NCBI GenBank assembly: GCA_937936615.1
Contig: CALDDN010000007.1
Location: forward strand, 4,029-68,028
Length of the DNA stretch: 64,000 nucleotides
From: an uncultured Bacteroidia bacterium
Lineage (GTDB): Bacteria; Bacteroidota; Bacteroidia; J057; CALDDN01
Reading direction: 5' to 3'
In this document: positions 1-9,196 of the stretch, one piece after another
Position numbering within the stretch: position 1 is the first letter of the stretch
Layout of the letters: every line of letters starts with the position of its first letter
The notes under the pieces: generated by a model
Databases searched by the model: none
Told to the model about the DNA's origin: nothing
Seen by the model: only the letters and a program-made list of their open reading frames with translations
Translations under genes and position numbers: made by a program

Positions 1-84
1 AGCCCGCTCGGTCGGGCTGCTCTTGCCTGAGTCCCTGTATCTTGCAGTCGATTTTTCCCCATACACCCCAAACCTAGCTCAGCC

Positions 85-1344
85 GTGCAGTCCAACGAAT
101 CCGAGCTGCTTATAGGCGGCCTGCCCGCTGCCGAACTGGCCGACCGGTTCGGCAGTCCCCTCTATGTCTACGATGGCAATCGAATTCAGGCGCAATACCG
201 CCGCCTGAACGCGGCTTTTGCCCATTTTCCCCACCGCTTGCTCTATGCCATCAAGGCCAACGCCAACCTAAACCTCATTCGCCTGCTGCTGGCCGAGGGC
301 GCAGGCCTCGATGTGGTCTCGGCACCGGAACTTCAGCTTGCCCTGCGGGCCGGTGCCCGCCCCGAACAGATTCTTTTTACCCCCAACGGGGTAGGGTTCG
401 ATGAATACGAAGAGGCCATAAAGGCAGGCGTATGCATCAACATCGACAACCTAGCCACGCTGGAGCATTTTGGAGCCACCTGCGGCAGCCGCATTCCCGT
501 CTGCATCCGCTTCAACCCCCACATTTATGCGGGCGGGCACAGCCACATCCAGACCGGCCACATCGACTCGAAGTTTGGGATTTCGATCCACCAGCTACGC
601 CACGTGCAGCGCATCGTCGAAGCACACGACCTCAACGTAGAGGGCCTGCACATGCACACCGGTTCCGACATCCTCGATGCCGAGATTTTTCTGAAAGGGG
701 CCGATGTCCTCTTCGAAGCGGCCCGCTCGTTCAGGCCCCTGCGCTACATCGATTTCGGTTCAGGATTCAAGGTCGCGTATCGCGAGGGCGACACCGTTAC
801 CGATGTCGAAGACCTGGGACGCCGTCTGGGCCAGCGACTGGCTGCTTTTGCTGCCGAAACAGGCAGCCAGCCCGAAATCTGGTTCGAGCCGGGCAAGTTC
901 CTCGTTTCAGAGGCCGGCTGGCTCATCGCCCGCGTGAACGTGGTCAAGCAGACGGTTGCGTCAACCTTTCTGTGTCTCAATACAGGGCAGAACCACCTGA
1001 TCCGCCCCATGTTCTACGACGCCTATCACCGCGTGGTGGCCTGCCGACCGGCCCGCCCTGAAACGAAACGGCTCTACACGGTGGTGGGCTACATCTGCGA
1101 GACCGACACGCTGGCCAGCGACCGCCAGCTGCCCGAAACGATGGCTGGTGATTACTTGGCCATTGCCAACGCCGGAGCTTACGGCTTTTCGATGGCTTCC
1201 AATTACAACTGCCGGCTGCGTCCGGCTGAGGTGCTGGTCCTCGATGGCCAGGCACACCTGATCCGCAGGGCCGAAACACTCGACCAGCTTCTGGCCAACC
1301 AAGTCGAGCTGGAGGCTCTGAAACCCACGCAGTCGGCCAGCTGA
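85..1344 (+). CDS. lysA: diaminopimelate decarboxylase
   Basis: 419-aa ORF with a GTG start. It has the motifs of fold-type III PLP decarboxylases: YAIKANANLNLIRLL (PLP-Lys region), LHMHTGS, EPGKFLV, CETDTL and GAYGFSMASNYN. Confidence 0.9.
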   Translation: MQSNESELLIGGLPAAELADRFGSPLYVYDGNRIQAQYRRLNAAFAHFPHRLLYAIKANANLNLIRLLLAEGAGLDVVSAPELQLALRAGARPEQILFTPNGVGFDEYEEAIKAGVCINIDNLATLEHFGATCGSRIPVCIRFNPHIYAGGHSHIQTGHIDSKFGISIHQLRHVQRIVEAHDLNVEGLHMHTGSDILDAEIFLKGADVLFEAARSFRPLRYIDFGSGFKVAYREGDTVTDVEDLGRRLGQRLAAFAAETGSQPEIWFEPGKFLVSEAGWLIARVNVVKQTVASTFLCLNTGQNHLIRPMFYDAYHRVVACRPARPETKRLYTVVGYICETDTLASDRQLPETMAGDYLAIANAGAYGFSMASNYNCRLRPAEVLVLDGQAHLIRRAETLDQLLANQVELEALKPTQSAS

Positions 1345-1358
1345 TTTGTTAAGTTAAG

Positions 1359-1832
1359 TTAGCGGCCCAGCCAGGCGGCCAGCAGCCAGGCATCTTTTTC
1401 GAGGCTCTGCAGGTAACCCACCAGCTGGTCTTCGGTGCCCGTGTCGACCTGTTCGAGGGCAGCCCGTACCAGCCCGATGAGCTGCCCCAGCTGGGCGTAA
1501 GCGGCCTCGGCTGTTTCGCGTTCGTCGGTCAGGGTCGGCAGTTCGGGCAGGCGGGCCAGCTTCAGGTAGTCGCTGAGGGTGTGAGGCGGCATGTGGCCCA
1601 AGGTCAGGATGCGTTCGGCCAGCTCGTCGATTTCTGCCGCCAGACGGGTATAGATCGCCTCGTAGCGTTCGTGCAGCACAAAGAAGTGCGGCCCACGTAC
1701 CGTCCAATGCAGGGCATGCAAGTTCTGGTAAAGGATATGCCAGTCGGCTAGAAGCGCGGAGAGGGCTTGGGCAGCCTGCTGGCGGATTTCGGTACTCAGG
1801 CCCAAAGCATGGGCGGTGGTGGTCTGATTCAT
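1359..1832 (-). CDS. dps: Dps family DNA-protection/ferritin-like protein
   Basis: An internal ATG at 1832 gives MNQTTTAHALG... (157 aa). LYQNLHALHWTVRGPHFFVLHERYE and IDELAERI are typical Dps motifs. The upstream 95 codons of the 252-aa track ORF are Arg/Gly-rich with no homology pattern. Confidence 0.9.
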   Translation of the reverse strand: MNQTTTAHALGLSTEIRQQAAQALSALLADWHILYQNLHALHWTVRGPHFFVLHERYEAIYTRLAAEIDELAERILTLGHMPPHTLSDYLKLARLPELPTLTDERETAEAAYAQLGQLIGLVRAALEQVDTGTEDQLVGYLQSLEKDAWLLAAWLGR

Positions 1833-1921
1833 GGTTTCAGCTTTTGTTTTTTCAACATAAGAACATATAACAGGCTGAACAAAGCCTCTGCGTTCTGCGT
1901 TCCGGCCTAAAATCAACGCCC

Positions 1922-2458
1922 GTGGAGAACTGCTTCGCTTACTACGGTCTGCCCGAATGCTACGCCATCGATCTGAACGCCCTGCGGCAACTCTATCTGG
2001 AACGTGCCCGCAACGAACATCCCGACTACTACCGGCAGGCCGATGCCACCGACCAGGCCCAACGCCTCGACGAAACAGCCCGCAACAACGATGCCTACCG
2101 CATCCTGCGCGATCCACGGCTGAGGCTGCTGCATCTGCTGGCTCTCGCAGGCCTGATGAGTCCCTCGGGCGAAAACCTGACCGACCGCCGCCCCGATCCC
2201 GCCTTTCTGATGGAAATCATGGAACTGAACGAGGAGGCCGAAAACACCCCCGCCGACCAGCTGGCGGCTGTCGCCGCTCGCATCGACCGTGAGCTGCTGA
2301 ATCTTGAGCAGCAAATCGAGCAGCTGATGGCCCAGCACGATGCCCAGACGGAAGCACAGGCCCGACGTACCGTTCTCGAAAAAGTCCTACTGCTCTATTT
2401 GCAACAGCAATACTGGCAGCGGCTCAAAAATTTGGTGGATTCGCGGCGGCTGTCGTAA
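1922..2458 (+). CDS. hscB: HscB-like J-domain co-chaperone
   Basis: 178 aa with a GTG start. It has the pattern YYGLPECYAIDLNALRQLY..HPD..AYRILRDPRLRLLHLL followed by DPAFLMEIMELNEE, which matches the HscB J domain plus C-terminal helical domain. It is divergent from dps. Confidence 0.7.
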   Translation: MENCFAYYGLPECYAIDLNALRQLYLERARNEHPDYYRQADATDQAQRLDETARNNDAYRILRDPRLRLLHLLALAGLMSPSGENLTDRRPDPAFLMEIMELNEEAENTPADQLAAVAARIDRELLNLEQQIEQLMAQHDAQTEAQARRTVLEKVLLLYLQQQYWQRLKNLVDSRRLS

Positions 2459-2473
2459 CTTTACATTCCGTTA

Positions 2474-2560
2474 ACCCGGATGGCGGAATAGGTAGACGCG
2501 CTGGTCTCAAACACCAGTGGGGTAAAACCCATACCGGTTCGAGCCCGGTTCCGGGTACCA
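2474..2560 (+). tRNA. tRNA-Leu(CAA)
   Basis: A manual cloverleaf folds well. The acceptor stem is ACCCGGA/TCCGGGT, followed by discriminator A and an encoded CCA. The anticodon stem is CTGGT/ACCAG with loop CTCAAAC (anticodon CAA). A long variable arm is typical of class II Leu tRNAs, and the T arm is ACCGG-TTCGAGC-CCGGT. Confidence 0.9.
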
Positions 2561-2624
2561 GCAGCCTGAGCTGGCTTGGCCCCCAATAAAAACGTACATA
2601 AGTATAGCCTTTCGCGTGATCTGC

Positions 2625-2925
2625 AGTATTCCTGCGTGTTGATTATCCGTAAAAAGCTGTCGGCAGGAATCGATTCCTGCGACTGCACCTGCCGGCTGGC
2701 GTGAGATTGAAAGCTGAAAGACGGGGCAATGCCCGCTTGCAGCCGGGATGTTGGGCGATTTGCGGCGGTCCTGGGGGGGATCTGCCGGATAGACTAATCG
2801 TCCAGCAGTTGTGCGGTGCCTGGGGGGGACACCGTGCAACCGTTCGCCGGGGCTTTTCACCCGAAAAGTCCCGACATGGCGAACAGCTGGAGGGCTTTCT
2901 GGGGGGGAAGCCCTCCTTTTTTTTT
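2625..2925 (+). ncRNA. unclassified structured RNA candidate (terminator-capped, three CUG7A hairpins)
   Basis: There is no credible ORF here. Hairpins lie at 2659-2683, 2763-2787, 2814-2834 and 2848-2873, and an enclosing stem pairs 2802-2810 with 2882-2890. An intrinsic terminator sits at 2889-2925. The 5' boundary is unknown, and the RNA may be co-transcribed with tRNA-Leu. Confidence 0.35.
2889..2925 (+). terminator. intrinsic (rho-independent) terminator
   Basis: A 9-bp GC-rich stem (GGAGGGCTT/AAGCCCTCC) encloses the loop TCTGGGGGGG and is followed by 9 consecutive T residues (2917-2925). Confidence 0.8.
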
Positions 2926-2998
2926 GCTCCTCTTTGCCTACACTTTTCTACGTATATCTATTCTGCCTACCACCTCAGCGTCGGGCTGTCTGCCCGCA

Positions 2999-3030
2999 TA
3001 CTGCCCGATTCTGTTACTGCCCGATTCTGT
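2999..3030. repeat. exact 16-bp tandem duplication (TACTGCCCGATTCTGT x2)
   Basis: Read directly: positions 2999-3014 and 3015-3030 are identical. A degenerate partial copy, TCTGCCCGCATA, lies just upstream. Confidence 0.9.
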
Positions 3031-3040
3031 CCGCACCTTC

Positions 3041-5272
3041 TCAATAACCCTCTTCTTTCCAAACGTAGGCAGCCGTCTGGGGATTGAAGTAAGCTATTTT
3101 GGAACGACGACGCAGGCGCACCAGCCCCTCAGGAAAATCGAGAATTTCATCGTGATCGGCCGGAACGACGGCCTCCCCCGCACGGTTGATGTAGCCCCAG
3201 CGTCCGTTGAGCTTGACGCGAGCGAGGCTGTCCCCGAAATCGAGGGCTTCGTCGAACTGAGGGGGAATGACCAGACGGCCCGTAGTGTCGATGTAGCCAA
3301 TCCGTCCGGCCACGCGCACCCGCGCCAGCCGCCGGTGGAAGGGGTAGGCAAAATCGAACGTGGGCTTGATGCGCAGCCGCAGATTGGTGTCCAGATAACC
3401 CCATTTACCTTTCTGGCGTATGGGGGCCAGGCCCTCGGCAAAGTCGTTGGCGTCTTCGTATTGAATGGGAATGACAGCCTTGCCGGCAGGGTTGATGAAA
3501 CCGATTTTGCCTTTGCGGGCTACTTTGGCTAGGCCGTTGCGAAATTCGTTGCCTGTAAGCACACGGGCGTTGAAATCATAGTCCATCGGAATGAGCAGAC
3601 GGCCCGTCGTATCGACGAAGCCCATTTTTTTTGAATAGACCACCGGGGCCAGCCCCTCGGCAAAGTTGCCAATCAGATCGTACTGCGGAGGCAGCACGAC
3701 GCGTCCGGTTGTACGTACCAGCCCCTGCTTGCCCCCCTGCCGCACACGGGCCAGCCCCTCGCGCGGCACCTCAAACCAGCTGTAGGCGGCTTCCACCACC
3801 CAACGACCCGTCGTATCGATGAGGCCAAAGCGTTCGTCGGGCTCGTCTTCTTCCTCCTCTTCACCTTCTTCGGCAGATGAGGATACCGGATTGGTGGCCT
3901 GGCTGGTGTCGGCAGGAACCGACACGACCGCAAGCCCCTCGCGGAAGGTTTCGGCACTCACAAACTGTGGCTCGATGCGTTTACGGCCTGTGTAGTCGAT
4001 GTAGCCCCAGCGTCCGCTCTCCTTGACCGGAATGAGCGGCGCATTTTCGTAATCACCGATATCTTCGTAGAGCAGTGGCACAACGGAGCGATTCTGCTGG
4101 TCGATCAGGCCATAACGCAGCTTCTTGCTAACGGCGTCGCGCTGGGCCACCACTGCGAGGCCACGATGAAAGTCGCGGGCCTCGTCGTAGACAATGGGAA
4201 TGCGCACACGTCCGAACTTGTCGATGAAACCCGCCTTCCCCCCCTGCCGGACAACCGCCCGGAATTCCTGGAAAAAATCGGCATCGGTATAGCGCGGTTC
4301 AATCCGGTAACTGCCACTCGAATCGCGATAGCCCCAAAGCCCCCCCTGGCGAATGGGATAGAAAAACGCCTGGTAGCGGTCGATGGCCGCGCGGGCCTTC
4401 ATCAGGTTGGGGTAGTCGACGTATTTGTCGACGAATCGTTGCATGGCTTGCAGCGTGCCCTGCTCCTCGTAACGGACAAAGATCGAGTCCCAGGCCCGTT
4501 CGCGGGCCGGATGCCGTGGGAACTGCTGGATGAAGGCGTAGTAGTCGGCCTCGGTCTGGCTGCGGGTAGCCAGGGCATAGACCGAGTCGAGGGCCTGCAG
4601 CACAAATGGACCGTCGGGTACGGCATCGACATAAGCCTGATAACTTTGAGGGGTACGAGGAGCGGTAATCGAATCGTAAACAGCAATCGGAATCAGGCGG
4701 CGAGCCTCGGACACCTCACGGGCCTTGGGAAACTGCTTGATGAACTGCCAGTACGCCGAAGGCCGATGCGACTCGCGGGCTGCCTGAAACTGGAGGCTGT
4801 GGAGCCGCGTCACGATGCTGTCCGACTGGGGTGCGCTGGGGTAGCGGTCGAGGAAATCGAGATAGGCACGGGCTGTGCCAAGACCGACCGCCCGCTGAAA
4901 TTCAATCTGCCAGAGGCGGTTGCGTTCGGCCAGAATGGTGGTTTTATCGATGCGGTAATTTTCGCGCAGGCGGTCGCGATCTTTGGCTTCGGCCCGCTCG
5001 TAGGCTTCGAGAGCACGGTTCACGTAGTGGTAGGCCGAGTCAATGTTGTAGAACACACTGCCTTCCAGTGCCGAATGATATTTCGACAAACCAAGCAGGG
5101 CTGCTGCTGCGTCGCGCTTCTCACTGTTTTTTACAAAAATATCACGTGCAATCGAATAATTGTGATTCTGCAAGGCCTCAAAACCCTTGACCAGGGACTG
5201 CCCGTAGACCAGCCGCCCCCCCAACAAGAACCAGGTCCCGCCTATCAGCAGATAAATCAGTCGCGCCGTCAT
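3041..5272 (-). CDS. WG-repeat (KWG-type) protein with N-terminal membrane anchor
   Basis: 743 aa. The C-terminal two thirds consist of many repeats of the type G(K/R)WGYID..G..VIPPQYD.A.DF.EGLA.V. The N-terminus MTARLIYLLIGGTWFLLGG is hydrophobic, and there is an acidic insert EEGEEEEEDEPDE. Confidence 0.8.
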   Translation of the reverse strand: MTARLIYLLIGGTWFLLGGRLVYGQSLVKGFEALQNHNYSIARDIFVKNSEKRDAAAALLGLSKYHSALEGSVFYNIDSAYHYVNRALEAYERAEAKDRDRLRENYRIDKTTILAERNRLWQIEFQRAVGLGTARAYLDFLDRYPSAPQSDSIVTRLHSLQFQAARESHRPSAYWQFIKQFPKAREVSEARRLIPIAVYDSITAPRTPQSYQAYVDAVPDGPFVLQALDSVYALATRSQTEADYYAFIQQFPRHPARERAWDSIFVRYEEQGTLQAMQRFVDKYVDYPNLMKARAAIDRYQAFFYPIRQGGLWGYRDSSGSYRIEPRYTDADFFQEFRAVVRQGGKAGFIDKFGRVRIPIVYDEARDFHRGLAVVAQRDAVSKKLRYGLIDQQNRSVVPLLYEDIGDYENAPLIPVKESGRWGYIDYTGRKRIEPQFVSAETFREGLAVVSVPADTSQATNPVSSSAEEGEEEEEDEPDERFGLIDTTGRWVVEAAYSWFEVPREGLARVRQGGKQGLVRTTGRVVLPPQYDLIGNFAEGLAPVVYSKKMGFVDTTGRLLIPMDYDFNARVLTGNEFRNGLAKVARKGKIGFINPAGKAVIPIQYEDANDFAEGLAPIRQKGKWGYLDTNLRLRIKPTFDFAYPFHRRLARVRVAGRIGYIDTTGRLVIPPQFDEALDFGDSLARVKLNGRWGYINRAGEAVVPADHDEILDFPEGLVRLRRRSKIAYFNPQTAAYVWKEEGY

Positions 5273-5450
5273 GATACGGGCAAAAATAGCCCTTCGCTGC
5301 CATTACATAGACCGGTCTTCGGACAAAGGCAGATTTTCAGAGGCTGCCGGCTGGTACTGGGGTTCCTATCGAAGGGTACCGGATTCGGAAGCCAACTGCA
5401 CGCCAAGTTTGCTATCTTTCGACCGATCCGACTTATTCCTTTAAATAAAC

Positions 5451-6773
5451 TTGCATCGATCTCCATTGCCCCATACGCTGCTGCTGATTCTTGGATTGCT
5501 GGCAGCCTGCCGTCCGGCCCCGCCGCCAAGCTCGACTCAAACGGCCGCGCCGACCCGTGTCAGGCTGGGAGCCGAAATCCTGCTTGAAAAACACCTCGAT
5601 CAGCTCGCCGGTCGGCGGGTGGGGCTGGTAGCGCACCGCGCCTCCGTCGTCTACGACAGCCTGCACCTGGTCGATGCCCTGCAGGCGCGGGGAATTGTTC
5701 CGGTACGGGTTTTCGCACCCGAGCACGGCTTTCGGGGTCAGGCCGAGGCTGGTGCTCCCATTGCCGATGGCCGCGATCCCGCCACAGGACTGCCCGTGGT
5801 TTCCCTCTATGGGCCAAACAAAAAACCTCAGGCACAGCACTTGAAAGACCTGGACCTGCTGCTCGTTGACCTGCAGGACGTGGGGGCCCGCTTCTATACG
5901 TACCTCAGCACGCTGACCTACGTCCTCGAAGCCTGCGCCGAGCATGAGGTCGAGGTTTGGGTACTCGACCGACCCAACCCCAACGGCCAGTATGTAGGCG
6001 GCCCCAGACTCGAGCCGGCCTACCGCTCGTTTGTAGGCCTGCATCCCGTGCCGGTAGTGCATGGCATGACCCTGGGCGAAATGGCCCGTCTGATCCGGGG
6101 CGAAGGCTGGATTGCCCAGGCTAAAGCCCTGCGGCTGAGCGTAGTAGCGATGCAGGGCTACCGCCACCGCCAGAGCTGGGCCGAAACCGGCATCCGCTGG
6201 GTGCCGCCCTCACCCAACCTGCCCACTCCCTTCAGTGCTGAAGTCTACCCGCTCATCTGCTGGCTCGAGGGGACCGATGTCAGCGTAGGACGGGGCACCG
6301 AGGCACCGTTTGAACAGGTGGGTGCCCCCTGGCACCGCGGCCTGCACCGCCAGTTCTGGATGGACGGAGCCTCGGGCCAGCGCACCGAGCTGGTGCGCGA
6401 CAGCCTGCGGGGCTATGCAACGGCCTTCGTACCCCGCCCCATTGCCGGCGTGGCAGAAAACCCGCCCCACCGCGACGACAGCTGCTTCGCCCTGCGGATA
6501 ACCCGGCTGCCGACAACAGGACCGCAGCGGTTTCGGGCCGCAGTGGCCCTGCTGGATAACCTGTACCACGAACACCGCGAGGCCGTAAAAGCCGGCCAGA
6601 CCCCCGATCGTCCGTTTTTTGAGCCGAAAGCCTTCGACGGGCTGGCAGGCTCGGCAGCTCTGCGCGAATACCTGCAGACGGGCCGAAACCTCGAACCTCT
6701 GATCGAGAGCTGGGAACGCGAAGCCCGCGCCTTTGGCCGCCTGCGCGATGGCTGGCGGCTTTACCCCGACTGA
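5451..6773 (+). CDS. DUF1343 (NamZ-like exo-muramidase family) lipoprotein
   Basis: 440 aa with a TTG start. The lipoprotein-type signal ends in LLAAC. The pattern [29 protein letters not shown] ... FAPEHGFRG ... [12 protein letters not shown] is typical of the DUF1343 family. Confidence 0.8.
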   Translation: MHRSPLPHTLLLILGLLAACRPAPPPSSTQTAAPTRVRLGAEILLEKHLDQLAGRRVGLVAHRASVVYDSLHLVDALQARGIVPVRVFAPEHGFRGQAEAGAPIADGRDPATGLPVVSLYGPNKKPQAQHLKDLDLLLVDLQDVGARFYTYLSTLTYVLEACAEHEVEVWVLDRPNPNGQYVGGPRLEPAYRSFVGLHPVPVVHGMTLGEMARLIRGEGWIAQAKALRLSVVAMQGYRHRQSWAETGIRWVPPSPNLPTPFSAEVYPLICWLEGTDVSVGRGTEAPFEQVGAPWHRGLHRQFWMDGASGQRTELVRDSLRGYATAFVPRPIAGVAENPPHRDDSCFALRITRLPTTGPQRFRAAVALLDNLYHEHREAVKAGQTPDRPFFEPKAFDGLAGSAALREYLQTGRNLEPLIESWEREARAFGRLRDGWRLYPD

Positions 6774-6793
6774 CGACCTGTTTTTGTGTAATT

Positions 6794-8203
6794 TTGGTCT
6801 TTGATCGTTCATTAATCGAACCTCGGTACCAGGCTTTTCCTTTGCGCTTGAAGCGAATCCACCCGACATGTTTCTGGCTGCTGGCAGCAGGCCTGCTGAT
6901 GGCACTGCCTGCAATGGGGCAAGGCGGCCGCGTGCTCGATCGCATCCTGGCTGTAGTTGACGAGGAAATCGTTCTGGAATCGGAACTGAACAACCAGTAC
7001 GACTACCTGATCAAAAATGGACGCAAAGACGAGGGCGACCTGCGCTGCCGCGTCTTCGAGCAGCTGCTGACCAACAAACTGCTGCTGGCCCGCGCCCGCC
7101 TCGACAGTGTCAAGGTTACCGATGCCCAGATCGAGGAAGAGCTTAACCGCCGCATCCAGAACCTGACGAACCAGCTGGGTTCAGAGAAGGCCCTGGTCGA
7201 GATTTACGGCAAATCGATCATCGAAATGCGCATGGACCTGCGCCCTGCCATCACCGAAGAACTGCTCATCGACGCGCAAAAGCGCAAGATCATGGAAGGG
7301 GTCGAAGTTACGCCGCGGCAGGTGCGCCGCTTCTTCAACGACATCCCACCCGACAGCCTGCCCTATTTTCCGGCCGAGGTCGAACTGAGCCATATCGTCA
7401 TCCGGCCGCAACCTTCGGAGGAAAACCGCGCGGCTGCCCGCCAGAAACTGTCCACCCTGCGCGAACGCATCGTTCGGGGCGAAATTGCTTTCGAGGAAGC
7501 CGCCAGCCGCTATTCGATGGATTACGGCTCGGCCAAACGGGGCGGCTCACTGGGTCAGTTCAGCCGCGGCGACATGGTGCCCGAATTTGAGGAAGTGGTC
7601 TACAACCTGGAACCTGGGCAGCTGTCGACGGTTTTTGAGTCGCCTTACGGCTACCACATCGTCAAACTGGTCAGCCGCTTGGGCAACGAAGCCGAAGCGG
7701 CCCATATTCTGATCAAGCCTGAAATCGACCTCATCGATCAGGACAAAGCCCTGCAGAAACTGCGCGAGCTGCGCAAGCGCATCCTGGCCGACAGCCTGAG
7801 CTTCGAGCAGGCCGCCCGCGAGTTTTCGGACGACCGCCTCACCAAGGACAACGGCGGGCGCATCCTCACGGCTACAGGCGACTACCGCGTACCACTCGAC
7901 CAGCTCGATGCCGATCTCTACCTGAAGGTCGATAACATGAAACCAGGCGAGATTTCGGAACCGATGGAATTCATTTTTGCCCAGGGCGAGCTAGTCAAGG
8001 CCTGGCGGATCGTTTACCTGCAAAAAAAGCTGCCGCCTCACAAAGCCAACCTGCAAGATGACTACGGCAAATTCCAGCAGGGAGCCAAACAGGCCCATCA
8101 AGCGAAAATACTGGAAGAGTGGTTTAAGAAAGCCAAAGAACAGATTCACCTCGAACTCAAGGATACGGGCTGCGCACAGGCCCTGAAGAACTGGTACCAA
8201 TAG
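6794..8203 (+). CDS. SurA/PpiD-like parvulin-type peptidyl-prolyl isomerase
   Basis: The parvulin core is [43 protein letters not shown], with a SurA-like N-terminal chaperone region. The start is uncertain. A TTG at 6848 would give [25 protein letters not shown], a good signal peptide. Confidence 0.8.
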   Translation: MVFDRSLIEPRYQAFPLRLKRIHPTCFWLLAAGLLMALPAMGQGGRVLDRILAVVDEEIVLESELNNQYDYLIKNGRKDEGDLRCRVFEQLLTNKLLLARARLDSVKVTDAQIEEELNRRIQNLTNQLGSEKALVEIYGKSIIEMRMDLRPAITEELLIDAQKRKIMEGVEVTPRQVRRFFNDIPPDSLPYFPAEVELSHIVIRPQPSEENRAAARQKLSTLRERIVRGEIAFEEAASRYSMDYGSAKRGGSLGQFSRGDMVPEFEEVVYNLEPGQLSTVFESPYGYHIVKLVSRLGNEAEAAHILIKPEIDLIDQDKALQKLRELRKRILADSLSFEQAAREFSDDRLTKDNGGRILTATGDYRVPLDQLDADLYLKVDNMKPGEISEPMEFIFAQGELVKAWRIVYLQKKLPPHKANLQDDYGKFQQGAKQAHQAKILEEWFKKAKEQIHLELKDTGCAQALKNWYQ

Positions 8204-8209
8204 GAAGAC

Positions 8210-9196
8210 ATGAAAGCATTTGCATCGGATGTAGAAGGGGCGAAACGCCTGCAGGAAGCTGTCGGCCAGCTCAAAGCCGAAATCGGTAAAGTAGTCATCG
8301 GCCAGCACGACATCGTGGATAAAATCATTCTGGCCATCCTCTGCCGGGGGCATGCCCTGCTCATCGGCGTTCCGGGCCTGGCCAAAACCCTGCTCATCAG
8401 CACGGTAGCCCAAACACTGGACCTGAAATTCAACCGCATTCAGTTTACGCCCGACCTCATGCCGGGCGACATTCTGGGTTCCGAACTGCTCGAAATCGAC
8501 CCCGAAACGGGCCGCCGCTACTTCAAATTCGTTAAAGGGCCGATTTTTGCCAACATCGTTCTAGCCGATGAGGTCAACCGCACGCCGCCCAAAACACAGG
8601 CTGCCCTGCTGGAAGCCATGCAGGAAAAGCGCGTTACCATAGCCGGCGAAGACCACCCGCTCGAAGAGCCTTTCTTCGTCCTGGCAACCCAGAACCCGAT
8701 CGAACAGGAAGGAACCTACCCCCTGCCCGAAGCCCAGCTCGACCGCTTCATGTTCAGCCTCTTTGTCGATTACCCCGAGTTTCGCGACGAGGTCGAGATC
8801 GTAAAAGCGACGACCAGCAACCAGAAAGTTGAAGTCAAGGCCGTGCTCAAGCGTGACGAGATTCTGGCGTTTCAGGATTTGGTGCGACGCGTGCCCGTAG
8901 CCGACAACGTGGTCGAATTTGCCGTGGGCCTGGCTTCCAAAACGCGGATCAGCACCCCCGCCGCCCCCGATTTCATCAGAAACCTGCTCAACTGGGGTGC
9001 GGGTCCGCGGGCCTCGCAGTACCTTGTGCTGGGGGCCAAGGCTCACGCCCTGATGCGCGGCAAATATGCCCCCGACATCGAGGACGTGCGGGCCATTGCC
9101 ACCAACGTGCTGCGCCACCGCATCGTGCCCAGCTTCAATGCCGAAGCCGAGGGCATCAGTGCCGATGCTATCGTCAAGCAGCTCCTGACAGCCTAA
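8210..9196 (+). CDS. moxR: MoxR-family AAA+ ATPase
   Basis: 328 aa. Walker A is LLIGVPGLAKT and Walker B is VLADEVNR. The motifs TQNPIEQEGTYPLPEAQLDRF and GAGPRASQ are typical of MoxR/RavA-type ATPases. Confidence 0.9.
   Translation: MKAFASDVEGAKRLQEAVGQLKAEIGKVVIGQHDIVDKIILAILCRGHALLIGVPGLAKTLLISTVAQTLDLKFNRIQFTPDLMPGDILGSELLEIDPETGRRYFKFVKGPIFANIVLADEVNRTPPKTQAALLEAMQEKRVTIAGEDHPLEEPFFVLATQNPIEQEGTYPLPEAQLDRFMFSLFVDYPEFRDEVEIVKATTSNQKVEVKAVLKRDEILAFQDLVRRVPVADNVVEFAVGLASKTRISTPAAPDFIRNLLNWGAGPRASQYLVLGAKAHALMRGKYAPDIEDVRAIATNVLRHRIVPSFNAEAEGISADAIVKQLLTA

Noticed and set aside
2780-2835. The minus strand has cobalamin-riboswitch-like strings (CACCGCACAACTGCTGG and AGTCTATCCGGCAG, a B12-box-like string).
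   Set aside because: The matches are only partial. No gene lies downstream on the minus strand for it to regulate, because the next feature is the plus-strand tRNA. The strong terminator is oriented on the plus strand.
2811-2875. This stretch resembles RNase P RNA: GGTGCCTGGGGGGGACACCGTGCAAC resembles the E. coli M1 segment GGTGCCAGG..CCTGGGGGGGAAACCC..GTGCAAC, and GAAAAGTCCCGAC resembles GGAAAGTCCGGGC.
   Set aside because: The element order is wrong, because the P4-like string comes after the GTGCAAC-like string rather than before it. There is no ACAGAACCCGGCTTA, GGTAAGGGTGAAA or AGATGAATG. The overall length and structure do not fit a type A RNase P.
2561-3040. A possible integrated-element remnant at the tRNA-Leu 3' end, since tRNAs are common integration sites.
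   Set aside because: There is no direct repeat of the tRNA 3' end downstream, no integrase or mobile-element genes, and the flanking genes are ordinary chromosomal genes.
4166-5587. A 473-aa plus-strand ORF lies here, and many similar ORFs of 200-400 aa occur elsewhere. They are 5433-6167, 6210-6993, 8561-9469, 9403-10071, 11427-12353, 19136-20647, 21050-21907, 32663-33751, 35778-36983, 38823-40010, 42151-43209, 43044-43835, 44042-45388, 45513-46148, 48154-48849, 50322-51101, 56151-56852, 57043-57804, 59149-60129, 60344-60880 and 62136-62726.
   Set aside because: Each is antisense to, or out of frame with, a gene that has strong family motifs. Their amino-acid composition is low in complexity and rich in Arg, Gly, Pro and Ala. 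Stop-poor alternate frames are expected in GC-rich DNA.
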